Positions 39,392 to 49,201 of a stretch of DNA of 64,000 nt are shown here, piece by piece. Numbering within the stretch: the stretch's first letter is position 1; the number at the start of each line of letters is the position of its first letter. Under the pieces are notes generated by a model that had not been told where the DNA came from, did not search any database, and saw only the letters and a list, made by a program, of their open reading frames with translations. The stretch is from a virus (Duplodnaviria; Caudoviricetes), in the IMG/VR virus record IMGVR_UViG_3300001528_000230, positions 2,918 to 66,917 of that record, one strand, 5' to 3'. Position numbers and translations under genes: made by a program.

Positions 39392-40951
39392 CTATTTACC
39401 TATTCCACCTATTGTATTAAGCACATTTTGTTTATCTCGCTTAAATGCTTCTTGCGTTAAACGAGTTACGTTTTCTACTATAGGCTGTTGCTCACTGACA
39501 GGTACACCGTCTATACGGAAAAATACTTGTTTATTATCATTAATGTCTCGAACATAGCGTGTACCGTCAGCAGTATAATATTTTTGTTTAGCCAAAATAG
39601 GTCTCAACTCTTGAACACCTAGCTCTTTATGAGCATCAACCATCTTCTGAGTATCACTAAGTATATTTTGTAACTGTTCAGGGGTTTTAGCTTTAAATGT
39701 TGTGCCATACCATTTAGATATACCTTCTGTCATAGCGTTCCAAATAGTAGGACCAAACCTAAGTAAAGCCGACATGATAATACCGAATAATATACCCTGC
39801 CAACCACCAAAAAGTTTAAGTAAGTTTTTAAACAAAGGTACTATAACATTTTTTCTTAATAAAGCTATATAAATAGGTATACCCTTTTGGATATATGCCA
39901 TTGGGGTCAACGGAACTCTAGGACCAGCCATTGCACCTAATTTACCCAATCTTGTTAACTTGCTAGTTACAGTACCTACAACTAATGCTATAATTAAAGC
40001 TCTAATACTAGATATAAGTAAAGGCAAATGAGTAGCAAAAAAGCTAAATACTTTGGATATTACTTTGGTTAACAGTGCTAGATTTTTAGCCAAATGGTTT
40101 AAGTCAATTCGTTTTAATCCTTCAAGTATACTTTTAAGAATTGTAACAGTGGCTTCATGACCACCCTCTTGACTAAATACAATACCCATATCTTGAACTT
40201 GGTTTTTAATGGTTTGCATTAAAGCATCGGGTTGTTCCATTGCTTTTTTAAGAGCTTCGGGTGAACCATATCGTTGTTCAGCTACTTTGGTAAATTCTTT
40301 CATGAACTCACCAATCATTTGTAGATTACCTTTGGATTTTTTCTGGAAGGTTTCTAAATCCTTAACCCCGTTAATATTAAGGTTTTTAATAGCTTCTTGG
40401 GCTATACCTACAGCATCTGGCACGTGGGTACCTAATTGCATTTTTAAATCCTGAGAGTAAATCGCACCTTTAGAAGACATTTCTCTTAATGCATAGGTAA
40501 CACGCTCCATTTGGTACGGTGTAAAGTGTAATACACGACCTACTTTAGACCATGACTCAAACATTGATTGTGCACCCTCTTCGCCTAAAGTCTTGGCTGT
40601 ACCTGCAAAGAAGATTGAAAACGCATCGGCTGTAGAAGTCAAGTCTAAACCGAGGTCTTTACTCATCTGACGTATATCTTCAAAGTGTTTATTAGCTTTA
40701 TCAGCATCGCCAGTAATAGCAAAAAGTCTACTGTGGATAGCACCTAGGTTTTTCTCAAACTCGAAATAATCACGTAAAGCCCTTTGACCACCAAAGAATA
40801 AACCTGCAAGGGATAAACCTTTGAGCCCACGCTTAAAGTTATCAATACGTTTTTTACTTTTTTTGAGTTGACTATCTACACGTTTTAAACCCGATACATC
40901 AGCTTGGGTTTTAAGTAATATTAATAATGTGCCTACTATGCCGTTTGCCAT
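39392..40951 (-). CDS. Tape measure protein
   Basis: Helical; YALREMSSKGAIYSQDLKMQL tape-measure motif; hydrophobic middle segment; follows chaperones. Confidence 0.85.
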   Translation of the reverse strand: MANGIVGTLLILLKTQADVSGLKRVDSQLKKSKKRIDNFKRGLKGLSLAGLFFGGQRALRDYFEFEKNLGAIHSRLFAITGDADKANKHFEDIRQMSKDLGLDLTSTADAFSIFFAGTAKTLGEEGAQSMFESWSKVGRVLHFTPYQMERVTYALREMSSKGAIYSQDLKMQLGTHVPDAVGIAQEAIKNLNINGVKDLETFQKKSKGNLQMIGEFMKEFTKVAEQRYGSPEALKKAMEQPDALMQTIKNQVQDMGIVFSQEGGHEATVTILKSILEGLKRIDLNHLAKNLALLTKVISKVFSFFATHLPLLISSIRALIIALVVGTVTSKLTRLGKLGAMAGPRVPLTPMAYIQKGIPIYIALLRKNVIVPLFKNLLKLFGGWQGILFGIIMSALLRFGPTIWNAMTEGISKWYGTTFKAKTPEQLQNILSDTQKMVDAHKELGVQELRPILAKQKYYTADGTRYVRDINDNKQVFFRIDGVPVSEQQPIVENVTRLTQEAFKRDKQNVLNTIGGIGK

Positions 40952-40965
40952 TTATAATCCTAGTA

Positions 40966-41349
40966 TTATAACTTGCGTGTATTACAATCTTGTTTTATCT
41001 TTTGGTTGGACTCATACATAGAATACATCTCTACGTCCATCTTTGAGATTAAATCAGTGTACATATATATAACATCTGATAAAGACCAAGTTGAAACTTC
41101 TTGGGGTGACAGCTTAAGCTCTCTAGCCAAGTTTCTGATTAAACTTCCAATGGTTTCTTCACCGAGTGTACGCTTTCTGCTGTTGAAGAAGTTGAGTCCA
41201 CTGGTTGATTTATCTTCTCTTGAGTTGAACTCGGAAAAAGTGCTAAAATGTGAGGGGGAAGTTCTATCCCGTAGTTCTGCAAGCTCTCTGTTACCTCTTT
41301 CAAGTTGATTCCATTTAGCATCTCGGTCAGCCATCCAGAGGTAAAATCG
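40966..41349 (-). CDS. Frameshifted extension of the tail assembly chaperone (GT)
   Basis: The -1 frame opens immediately at the slippery heptamer (TAA and TGA just upstream) and ends with a GT-like LARELKLSPQEVSTWSLSDV segment. Confidence 0.6.
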   Translation of the reverse strand, partial: RFYLWMADRDAKWNQLERGNRELAELRDRTSPSHFSTFSEFNSREDKSTSGLNFFNSRKRTLGEETIGSLIRNLARELKLSPQEVSTWSLSDVIYMYTDLISKMDVEMYSMYESNQKIKQDCNTRKL

Positions 41350-41693
41350 AAAAAATCTTCACAGTTAAACTTTAGAGCTTCAATCCCAAGTTTAAACAAT
41401 GTCATTGGTTTACGTGAAAATTCAACCTTCCAGTCTGTAACAAGTTCGTTGTTTTTCTCAAGTAAATCCACGTTTATAAGCTTGGTTAACATATCCATAA
41501 GCTTTTCAGAGTTAATAGAAGTTCTAATCTCTTTGTTTAACAACTCAAAGTTTCCATCAAATGCAGAGGTTAACAATGGCATAATATCACTGAGTAAATC
41601 AATAGAGATAGGACCAGATATGCCAGCTTCAACTGCTGTTAACTTATAGATATCTTTACCTATTTTTACATTTCTTGTTTCTAAAGTTTTCAT
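41139..41693 (-). CDS. Tail assembly chaperone (G)
   Basis: Position between tube and tape measure; contains slippery T TTT TTC at 41355-41349. Confidence 0.75.
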   Translation of the reverse strand: MKTLETRNVKIGKDIYKLTAVEAGISGPISIDLLSDIMPLLTSAFDGNFELLNKEIRTSINSEKLMDMLTKLINVDLLEKNNELVTDWKVEFSRKPMTLFKLGIEALKFNCEDFFDFTSGWLTEMLNGINLKEVTESLQNYGIELPPHILALFPSSTQEKINQPVDSTSSTAESVHSVKKPLEV

Positions 41694-41750
41694 GTGTCAC
41701 AACCTTTCTAAATTTATACTACTATTATAGTGCACGGGGTTTTACCCCAA

Positions 41751-41780
41751 AGTAAAACACAGGGGCGATATACCCCTGTG
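41751..41780 (-). terminator. Intrinsic terminator after tail tube gene
   Basis: CACAGGGG/CCCCTGTG 8-bp stem, 7-nt loop, followed by TTTTACT on the minus strand. Confidence 0.7.
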
Positions 41781-41840
41781 CTATTTTGGTACCGAAATTG
41801 ATTTCGGTACCAAATTTATAAAATAGAAAGATGTGAGCTT

Positions 41841-42245
41841 CTATCTTTGAGTTTCTACCTCTGTACAACATTCGATTATGATATCAACTGCATCATTAGA
41901 ACCAAATGTAATTTCAGGGATAGATTTAACCTGTGCGATATCAATCTTATAGGTTTCAGCGATATCAGGGTTAGTATCTCTGATAACTAAACCACCACGG
42001 GTACGATTTTCAAAACATTGTTCCAAATATTTATAACCATCACCAGTTCTAAATACTGATAGGGTAACACTTCTATCGCCTTCATACTCTTGTTGTGATT
42101 CTGAGTACCCTTGGCAACCAAATGTAGTAGAAACCCTTGATGGTCTTTCTGCTAATTTAGGTCTATCTGCTAAACCAGTAATTGATTTACCAGCAAATGA
42201 GATAAAAACCTTGGCTGTATCGTTATTTCCTGCCATCTGTGTCAC
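41841..42245 (-). CDS. Tail tube protein
   Basis: 134 aa beta-rich protein directly after the sheath gene. Confidence 0.8.
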   Translation of the reverse strand: MTQMAGNNDTAKVFISFAGKSITGLADRPKLAERPSRVSTTFGCQGYSESQQEYEGDRSVTLSVFRTGDGYKYLEQCFENRTRGGLVIRDTNPDIAETYKIDIAQVKSIPEITFGSNDAVDIIIECCTEVETQR

Positions 42246-42254
42246 TCCTTTTTA

Positions 42255-43373
42255 TTAGTATGCTAGTACCAACTGAACTCGTTTACCTGTTAATGCGTAT
42301 TCAACAGTAGTGTCAACAATCCATGATTTTTGAGCGAAATACTCAGGGTAATATCTCTTAGTTTCAGCTCTTGTTAATACATTGATTGTATAGCCTTTGA
42401 TTACTTCGTTTGTTTCAGGGTCGATAGAATCCTCAGCTATTACCCCTTCACGTTTTAACTGTGCGAATACAGAGTTAACAGCATCGTATATTACCGTACC
42501 ACCGTTATCATCATAAGGTAAATCCTGAACTATAGCGTCCATCAAACCTGCTTGTAATTGCAACACGGTTCTATCCACACAGATAACCTTTTGGATATCA
42601 TCACCGTTTGCCATAACGCCGTTGTCAGATGTAAGCTGTCTAGTACCATAATCACCAGATGATGCTATATAATAGGTAAAGAAGTTTGTGTTTTTAGCTC
42701 TTAGTGCTTCTTCTTCGGTATCAGTCAAGGTGTCAACTGTAATACCAGAAGGTGTTTTATAAGAAGCTGATTTAGTACCAACAGGTGTACTAGCTAGGAT
42801 AGCCATGATTGAACCTGCAAGAGCTTCTGTTTCTATCTTGTGATAAAATACGCCAGTTCTACCAGCATTTTTAGCTTTTAAAACAGATGCTATATCACTT
42901 GAGCTAGAACCATCTTTGATATCATCGTCACCTGCATCATATAGTTGGATTTTTCTTCTGGTACCTACCCAATCGTTAACGGATAGGGCATCAGCATCAG
43001 CATTAGAGTTAACCAAAGTGTAATAACAGTTCTTATACCCAATACGATTTAAACATTCTAAATAACTCTTGTCATTTTCAGTTTTTTGCACAATTACTAA
43101 CTTCTTCATGTTAGATTGGTTAACACCATTGTTGTATTTCTGAGCAAACAGGTTATTAGCCTTTTTATAAATAGTAGAGGTAACTTTGAACTTAGCACCT
43201 ACAGCATCTATAGACCCAAATTCTTCATACCCATTTGGGCTGAAACTTTTACCTGCTTGTAAATCATCAGGGTTAATCTCAGTTATCATTAGGATATTAA
43301 GCATATAGTCTAATATGCTAGTAGTGATACGTTCTTCGGTTTTTATTACAATAATGTCTTCTTGGTATGCCAT
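42255..43373 (-). CDS. Tail sheath protein (DUF3383-like)
   Basis: SASYKTPSGITVDTL...NTNFF...G.MANGDDIQKVI..D..V..LQ...LPYDDNGGTVI motifs. Confidence 0.85.
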   Translation of the reverse strand: MAYQEDIIVIKTEERITTSILDYMLNILMITEINPDDLQAGKSFSPNGYEEFGSIDAVGAKFKVTSTIYKKANNLFAQKYNNGVNQSNMKKLVIVQKTENDKSYLECLNRIGYKNCYYTLVNSNADADALSVNDWVGTRRKIQLYDAGDDDIKDGSSSSDIASVLKAKNAGRTGVFYHKIETEALAGSIMAILASTPVGTKSASYKTPSGITVDTLTDTEEEALRAKNTNFFTYYIASSGDYGTRQLTSDNGVMANGDDIQKVICVDRTVLQLQAGLMDAIVQDLPYDDNGGTVIYDAVNSVFAQLKREGVIAEDSIDPETNEVIKGYTINVLTRAETKRYYPEYFAQKSWIVDTTVEYALTGKRVQLVLAY

Positions 43374-44008
43374 TATGTTTTATCTCCTATTTTAAAATAT
43401 TGTATCACTTCATCTTTATTAATCTTGAGTAGAAAACCTTTGCCTTTATCGACATGTACATAAGAGATATCATCCCACCCAAATTCTACATCGAAGGTAT
43501 ACCTGAATTTTGTATCAGTGTCACTCCAATCTGGGATAGCTGTTATCCTGCCTTCTACTTGTGAGCTAATTTGATTAGGGTAATACTCGTTGCCTGCAAA
43601 CCATTCAAGTTTATCTTCACAGTTAAAATAGGACCTTAGTTGTCTAGCTACTTTGTGTGCAAAAACATCGGCTTCAAGTTGAGTTATACCTTCTTTGATA
43701 TTAGCCATATTTGCGATTTCTATTTGTACTACGATAGAACAGTGTTTGATATACTTTTTGTAGATTTCACCATCTTTTTTAACATAAGATAGGTCGTCAT
43801 ACCCACCAAGGTCGTCTTGGTCGGTGCTAAGTATACAGTATGGGTATCTCGGTTGGAAAGATATAGTGTCCTCCCAGAATACCTTAGAGCATGTACCATT
43901 GCAGTCTTCATAATCCCCAAATTCAACTGGATAGGCTTGTATTAGCTCGTTCCTAATCCCCATAAGGATTGAGCTTTTAACTTCTGCTATACTGTCTTGT
44001 CTTAACAT
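43373..44008 (-). CDS. Neck/tail terminator protein
   Basis: PRYPYCIL motif; canonical position before sheath. Confidence 0.7.
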   Translation of the reverse strand: MLRQDSIAEVKSSILMGIRNELIQAYPVEFGDYEDCNGTCSKVFWEDTISFQPRYPYCILSTDQDDLGGYDDLSYVKKDGEIYKKYIKHCSIVVQIEIANMANIKEGITQLEADVFAHKVARQLRSYFNCEDKLEWFAGNEYYPNQISSQVEGRITAIPDWSDTDTKFRYTFDVEFGWDDISYVHVDKGKGFLLKINKDEVIQYFKIGDKT

Positions 44009-44389
44009 CTACACCTGTACATCTTTAAGGGCTATAAAAGCCACGTTGTATATATTTACACCGTTGAACAAGTTTTCAACTGGTGGAACTACTATTTTGT
44101 ATTCCTTATTGTTGTAAGGTCTTGTAATAGTTATATCCTGTAAGGGTAAATCCTGATAAAAGAACACTTTGCGTATGTCTTTATCTCTTAAACCCTCGGG
44201 TAGTTTCTCGTAATCGGTTTTATCAGTTTTACGTATTAATATTTTAAAGTCACTAATAGTAAAATCCTGATAGGTTTCACCATTTATAGGGTCATAACCT
44301 TTACGTTTTTTATACGTAATAGTTACGGTTTCACCTATGGTATCTATTGTGGTTTTAATTCTGTTAGCGTAGTGTTCGCCGTTGTACAT
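44009..44389 (-). CDS. Head closure (stopper) protein
   Basis: GETVTITYKKRKGYDPING pattern; start moved to ATG 44389 (GGAAGG RBS, after the promoter motif at 44413). Confidence 0.65.
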   Translation of the reverse strand: MYNGEHYANRIKTTIDTIGETVTITYKKRKGYDPINGETYQDFTISDFKILIRKTDKTDYEKLPEGLRDKDIRKVFFYQDLPLQDITITRPYNNKEYKIVVPPVENLFNGVNIYNVAFIALKDVQV

Positions 44390-44454
44390 AATATATCTAC
44401 CCTTCCATAACACTATTATAGTGATTATCCCCAAAAGTTTTACAAACAGTGGAT

Positions 44455-45213
44455 TTAATCAAAAATGTATAAAATGTTGTTTTTGTAAATCTTTTCAGCT
44501 ATATTAGCTGTAGCTATATCAAGCTTTTCGCCTGCTGTACCAGTTTTGTTATTAATATAAGATTTAACTCTAATGTTTTTAGCCAAACGGTTATCCTCAT
44601 CTCTTAATGGCTGGTTATAACCTTTCATTTTAACTGTGATACTGTGGTTAGGTGGTTTCGCACTATAGATGTTTTTAACTATATTGAACCCAACTTCTCT
44701 ACCCATGCTATCCCATGCACCCTTTAGGGTATTATTCGACCAAAGTAAATACTCTTTCATGTAGAATAAAATCTTATTCATGTGGGCTTGGTCAGGTCTA
44801 ACTATGGTATTACGCATAAATCTACGTGCAGGTATATTTATAGATGAACCAGCAGGAAAATAAGTTACAAATTCACCACGTTTGTTAATCAAGAGTAAAC
44901 CCTGCTTCTTTTTACGTCTTATTTTACCAGTATTGTTGTTAATTAAAAACTTGGTACGAATATCAATAGTTGCACCATACTCATTTTGCCAAGCAAGTTT
45001 AGCAATATTAAACTGAGAGCTTACACCTGCTCGGTGTACATGACCTTTTCTATCATAATATCGTCTTAAAACAGGTTTTTGACCCTCTGTACGGTGAATA
45101 CCTATGGTAGCAAAGCTTTTAGATAAACCCATAAGCCTTTTTAAAAACTCTTTATACTCTTTGTTTTCAAACTTAACCTGCATATCGAAGGTTATATTGT
45201 TGTTATTATTCAT
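44455..45213 (-). CDS. Neck/virion morphogenesis protein (HK97 gp10-like)
   Basis: IAKLAWQNEYGA...IPARRFMR...PPNHSITVKMKGYNQPLRD motifs. Confidence 0.7.
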   Translation of the reverse strand: MNNNNNITFDMQVKFENKEYKEFLKRLMGLSKSFATIGIHRTEGQKPVLRRYYDRKGHVHRAGVSSQFNIAKLAWQNEYGATIDIRTKFLINNNTGKIRRKKKQGLLLINKRGEFVTYFPAGSSINIPARRFMRNTIVRPDQAHMNKILFYMKEYLLWSNNTLKGAWDSMGREVGFNIVKNIYSAKPPNHSITVKMKGYNQPLRDEDNRLAKNIRVKSYINNKTGTAGEKLDIATANIAEKIYKNNILYIFD

Positions 45214-45219
45214 AGGGTA

Positions 45220-45759
45220 TTACTCGTTATAGCTATCATCATCTAAGTCGTCTATGTCGTCCTCAGCGTTATAGTCAAGGTTTTGAGTATATCTCTCAGG
45301 GTATTTACGATAGGTTTTCTGAGTGTTATACTTGAGTTGGTTAGTAAACGATTGGGTATAAGCCCCTTCGGATTGTAACACATCTGTTGTAGCTGTGTCG
45401 CCTGCGTATACACCACCAACATAAACATAAGTTGACTCAACATCGTCAGGTAAATTACCGTCTAGTAAATCTGATTTTAGTTGATTAGCCAGATTAAGGT
45501 AATACTTAGACTTATTACTATTTTCGGAGATTGTAACATCGCCAATCTTAAGGGTATCACCCATAGATTGACTATAGCGTGTAGCTAAGGTCATATAACA
45601 GTAATATAAAGCCCAATTAATACTACCCCTAGAGATTTCTAAGAAGTATTTTAACTCTTCGTCTTGAAATATGGTAGGGTCCATACCATCAGCCCCAAGT
45701 CGTAATCTCACTTGGTTAGTCGGGATATCTAAACGGGTTGGGTCATAAGTAAATACCAT
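45220..45759 (-). CDS. Head-tail adaptor
   Basis: FTYDP...NQVRLRLG...IFQDEELKYFL motif typical of adaptor proteins. Confidence 0.75.
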   Translation of the reverse strand: MVFTYDPTRLDIPTNQVRLRLGADGMDPTIFQDEELKYFLEISRGSINWALYYCYMTLATRYSQSMGDTLKIGDVTISENSNKSKYYLNLANQLKSDLLDGNLPDDVESTYVYVGGVYAGDTATTDVLQSEGAYTQSFTNQLKYNTQKTYRKYPERYTQNLDYNAEDDIDDLDDDSYNE

Positions 45760-45779
45760 TGGGCTTTATCTCCTGTTTA

Positions 45780-46331
45780 TTATAATGCTTTTAAAATGTC
45801 TTGGATATTAGCTTCAGTTACTTTTCTAAGGTGTAATCCTACTTTTCTAACACCTAGTTTTTCACAAAACTTGTCTACATCTAGGCTATAGGTTGTGCAT
45901 ACATCTTTGAATGTCATACCCATGATTTGAGCTTCTATTTCTGAGGTATCAATAGGTACTTCCTTTGGGTCAGAAACATAGTGTACGTCTGGTTTTACCT
46001 CTTTTAGTTCCTCTGGTTTGAACTCATCTTTTAAATCTTTGCTTATAATACGTTGTTTGATAAACACTTCTAGTTCTCTATCAGATAGGTTTGACACATC
46101 TACGTCTTCACCAAACTCGTATTTTTTACCGTGGATAGTATAAGTTTCACGGTTGATATATTTGTATTCGTACATCTCAGGGTCGAACTCAGAGATAGCA
46201 CCACTTTCTAGTAATCTTCGGTGGGCTGGACAGAAGTTATACTTAATGATTTCACCTGCTTTATGTAAGCCACAGTATACAAACTCTCTGTTGACTTTAA
46301 CTGGATATCCTACTATATCTGTATTAATCAT
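45780..46331 (-). CDS. Hypothetical head-region protein (183 aa)
   Basis: Between capsid and adaptor; internally repeated YGE/AGE-type small module. Confidence 0.65.
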   Translation of the reverse strand: MINTDIVGYPVKVNREFVYCGLHKAGEIIKYNFCPAHRRLLESGAISEFDPEMYEYKYINRETYTIHGKKYEFGEDVDVSNLSDRELEVFIKQRIISKDLKDEFKPEELKEVKPDVHYVSDPKEVPIDTSEIEAQIMGMTFKDVCTTYSLDVDKFCEKLGVRKVGLHLRKVTEANIQDILKAL

Positions 46332-46351
46332 AGTTTCTCACTTTCTTGTTT

Positions 46352-46385
46352 ATATTAAATGAGGGAGGGATAAATCCCCTCCCTC
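46352..46385 (-). terminator. Terminator-like hairpin after major capsid gene
   Basis: GAGGGAGGG/CCCTCCCTC 9-bp stem, A/T-rich tail. Confidence 0.6.
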
Positions 46386-46413
46386 AAAACTTGTGTACTA
46401 TATCTCTATTGGA

Positions 46414-47379
46414 TTAAACGCACTCTTTTAACAAAATACCTGCTTCTTTATATTGGATAATAGGAGCAAATCTTTGTTTTACTCTTAATACGTCACAATC
46501 AATAGCTTCTTCACGTCTTGTGTAAACACCTAAGCCTGAAGCACTGTTGATATCACCATAGTTAACTCTAACGATTTTCATAGCACAAGGTGCAGTAATA
46601 GAGTTTCTAGCGTTATCACCATTCCAGTAAAGAAGAAGTTTACCACTAGAGATGTTAGCCATTTCTTTTTTACCGTAGTTAGCTGTGTTAACGATTGTTT
46701 CGGTAACAAAGATGTTTTTCAAACCAAGAACTCTAGCTAAGAAAGTTTGGTCGATGATTTGGTCTCTAGTTGATGCAATCATATCACGGATAAAACCGTT
46801 TTCCATTAACGCATCGTATACGTCTACTGACATTAAAGCTGTGTCAGGCATTCTACCACAAGCAAGTTTTACTTTGCGTTTTAGAGCTTTGAATAAAGCT
46901 GGAACGTTAGCTGTAGCATCAGTAAACTTAGTGAAAGTAGTAGTTCCGTTAGCACCGTTAGCTACACCTGACATAGTGTTAGCCCAAGCATCGTCAGCAA
47001 AAGCGATTTCAGCAACAACTTGGTCATAGTTTCTGTAACCTTCTTGCATTAACTTGTCTGCGATTGATTGTTCGTAGCCTTCACCCATTTCAGCTTTAGT
47101 TTCATCTGCGATGAACTCTTCTACACCATATTCTTGAGCTGTATATTGTTTCATTTCAATATCAGTGTTAGTTTTAGCGTAGTTAGCTTGAGGTGCACGT
47201 TTTTGTAAAGTGTTTCTGTATAAATCTTCGATTTTGAATACAGGGTATTCACCTAGTCTCTTAGTAACTGTAGCAACTGGGAAAGCTTTTAACGCAAAAA
47301 AGTCGTTATTATCTTCAAATAAACCTTCTGCTTTATCAGTTAAGAGTCTGTTAAATGTAGCTTTTTCGTTTGTAGCCAT
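46414..47379 (-). CDS. Major capsid protein (HK97 fold)
   Basis: 321 aa, strongly biased codons (GCT/AAC/TTC), strong RBS, position after decoration gene. Confidence 0.9.
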   Translation of the reverse strand: MATNEKATFNRLLTDKAEGLFEDNNDFFALKAFPVATVTKRLGEYPVFKIEDLYRNTLQKRAPQANYAKTNTDIEMKQYTAQEYGVEEFIADETKAEMGEGYEQSIADKLMQEGYRNYDQVVAEIAFADDAWANTMSGVANGANGTTTFTKFTDATANVPALFKALKRKVKLACGRMPDTALMSVDVYDALMENGFIRDMIASTRDQIIDQTFLARVLGLKNIFVTETIVNTANYGKKEMANISSGKLLLYWNGDNARNSITAPCAMKIVRVNYGDINSASGLGVYTRREEAIDCDVLRVKQRFAPIIQYKEAGILLKECV

Positions 47380-47427
47380 TATGTTATCTCCTATTTATTA
47401 AAATACTGCTTGTTATCTGTGGGTTAA

Positions 47428-47775
47428 CTATTTCAAGAAAGCCTTGATGTAATCACCAGCTACACCAGTTTGGTATGCTTTAGCAACTGCAACACCTGCA
47501 TCTTTCTTAACAAAAGCACCATCATCGATTGAAAGTTCATCGTTAACGGTAACAGCACCAGCTAGTTTAACTAATGCGAAATCACCTTTTAACATAACAG
47601 TTACAGGTTCACCAGCTTTAGCAGGTTCTACAATAACTCCGTCAATGTCTTCGTCTTTACCTGCTTTTTGTACTTTAGGTAAACCACCAGCCATTTCAGC
47701 AATCATTTTAACACCATATCCCATTAAACCAGATAGGTCTTCTTTAGCGATAAATGTTGTTGTTTTATTGTACAT
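47428..47775 (-). CDS. Capsid cement/decoration protein (DUF2190-like)
   Basis: AKAGEPVTVMLKGDFALVKLAGAVTVNDEL...AVAKAYQTGVAGDYI pattern. Confidence 0.75.
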   Translation of the reverse strand: MYNKTTTFIAKEDLSGLMGYGVKMIAEMAGGLPKVQKAGKDEDIDGVIVEPAKAGEPVTVMLKGDFALVKLAGAVTVNDELSIDDGAFVKKDAGVAVAKAYQTGVAGDYIKAFLK

Positions 47776-47804
47776 ATTTATAATCTCCTATTATTATCTT
47801 TGGT

Positions 47805-49130
47805 TTAAACTTCTCTAAGTGCCTTATTGATAGAAATATTTTTAGCTTTAGCAATGGCTTCAGCCTTTTTGTAAATATCTCTTACTTCTAGCTCTTCGTT
47901 AGAAAGTTCTATATCAGTCGACCCTGTACCAACCTCTTTGGTTAATTCAGCATTGCTTTTAGATATATTTTTTAGGTTTTCTAAAATAAAGTCTTGAACA
48001 TCTGCTGGTAAATTAGATTTAGAGATAGAGTATAACTTTTCTCCAATCTCTTCTGGTGTACCAACAAGCATAGAAAAGTCAGCTTTAGCTTGTTCTACAA
48101 ACTTAGCTTTTTCTATTACTTCAAGGCTTTCTCGTTGAGCTTTTTCTAACTCAGCGATTTTAGCTTGAGCTTGTTCTAGCTCTTGTTTAACAATAGAAGC
48201 CTTTTCAATTTGTTTAGGCTCATCCTCAATAGCAGGTTCTATTGCTTCACCTGCACCTGCACCTTCTTCACCTTCTGGTTTAGCTTCTGGTGCTTCCTCA
48301 GCTTCAACTTTTGGTTCTTCAGCTTTTTCAATCATTTCTTCTTCAGCTTTAGGTTCTTTGGCTGGGTCTTCATCTTTAGGTTCTTCAACTTCAGGTTTTT
48401 CTTCTTCAGATTCTTCAGCCTTAGGTTCTTCAGCTTTAGATTCTTCCTTAGGTGCCTCAACTGCTGGTTCTTCAACCTTAGCTTCTTCACCCTCAGCTTG
48501 TACCTCTGGTTCTACAGCTGGTTCTTTAGATTTTTGAGTTGGAGAAATTAGAGATTTAAGACTTTCTACGACACTTTTAATAATGCCCACTTGTTTTTCT
48601 TCCATATCGTCTCCTATTTCTTCTACTGTTTGGGGATTAACCACACTTTTACTAGGAAGTGCTTGTTTAGTATTACTTAACACAAATTCTCCGTTTACAC
48701 TTTTAGTAATAGGAGAATTTTCATATTGTCTTACAAATTCTTTAAATAAGTCTTGGTATAACAAAATTTTAGACTCTTTAGATATATCCATGTATTTAAT
48801 ATCACACAATGCACTTCTCAACGCATCAGTTAACAAACAGTATAAAGCATTGTTAATCTCGTCTTCTGCATGATATGCGATATAATCCAAGAATGTTACA
48901 CTAGGAATAACATTATCATTGATACCCACGGGTTTTCCACAAGGGTAGCAACAATCTAAACCATATTTGATAAACTCTTGGAAGTCGGTATTATCAAACT
49001 GTTTTGCATTCTCGTTTTTAACAATTTCAAAAGAAGTCTTTTTGTTGGCACCAGAATTGTCTTTACTACAAAGTGATACCTCATTTGCTATAGCATTAAT
49101 AACTTTAAACTTTTTTTTCATTATTACCAC
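47805..49130 (-). CDS. Capsid scaffolding protein with protease-like N-terminal strand
   Basis: N-terminal NEVSLCSKDNSGANKKTSFEIVK; acidic EEPK repeats; C-terminal coiled coil. Confidence 0.7.
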   Translation of the reverse strand: MVIMKKKFKVINAIANEVSLCSKDNSGANKKTSFEIVKNENAKQFDNTDFQEFIKYGLDCCYPCGKPVGINDNVIPSVTFLDYIAYHAEDEINNALYCLLTDALRSALCDIKYMDISKESKILLYQDLFKEFVRQYENSPITKSVNGEFVLSNTKQALPSKSVVNPQTVEEIGDDMEEKQVGIIKSVVESLKSLISPTQKSKEPAVEPEVQAEGEEAKVEEPAVEAPKEESKAEEPKAEESEEEKPEVEEPKDEDPAKEPKAEEEMIEKAEEPKVEAEEAPEAKPEGEEGAGAGEAIEPAIEDEPKQIEKASIVKQELEQAQAKIAELEKAQRESLEVIEKAKFVEQAKADFSMLVGTPEEIGEKLYSISKSNLPADVQDFILENLKNISKSNAELTKEVGTGSTDIELSNEELEVRDIYKKAEAIAKAKNISINKALREV

Positions 49131-49201
49131 TGCTTTCCGTTTACTTGTTTTGACGTTATACCCTTATTATAGTAATAGCCAAAACCAAGTAAAATCAGGG
49201 G

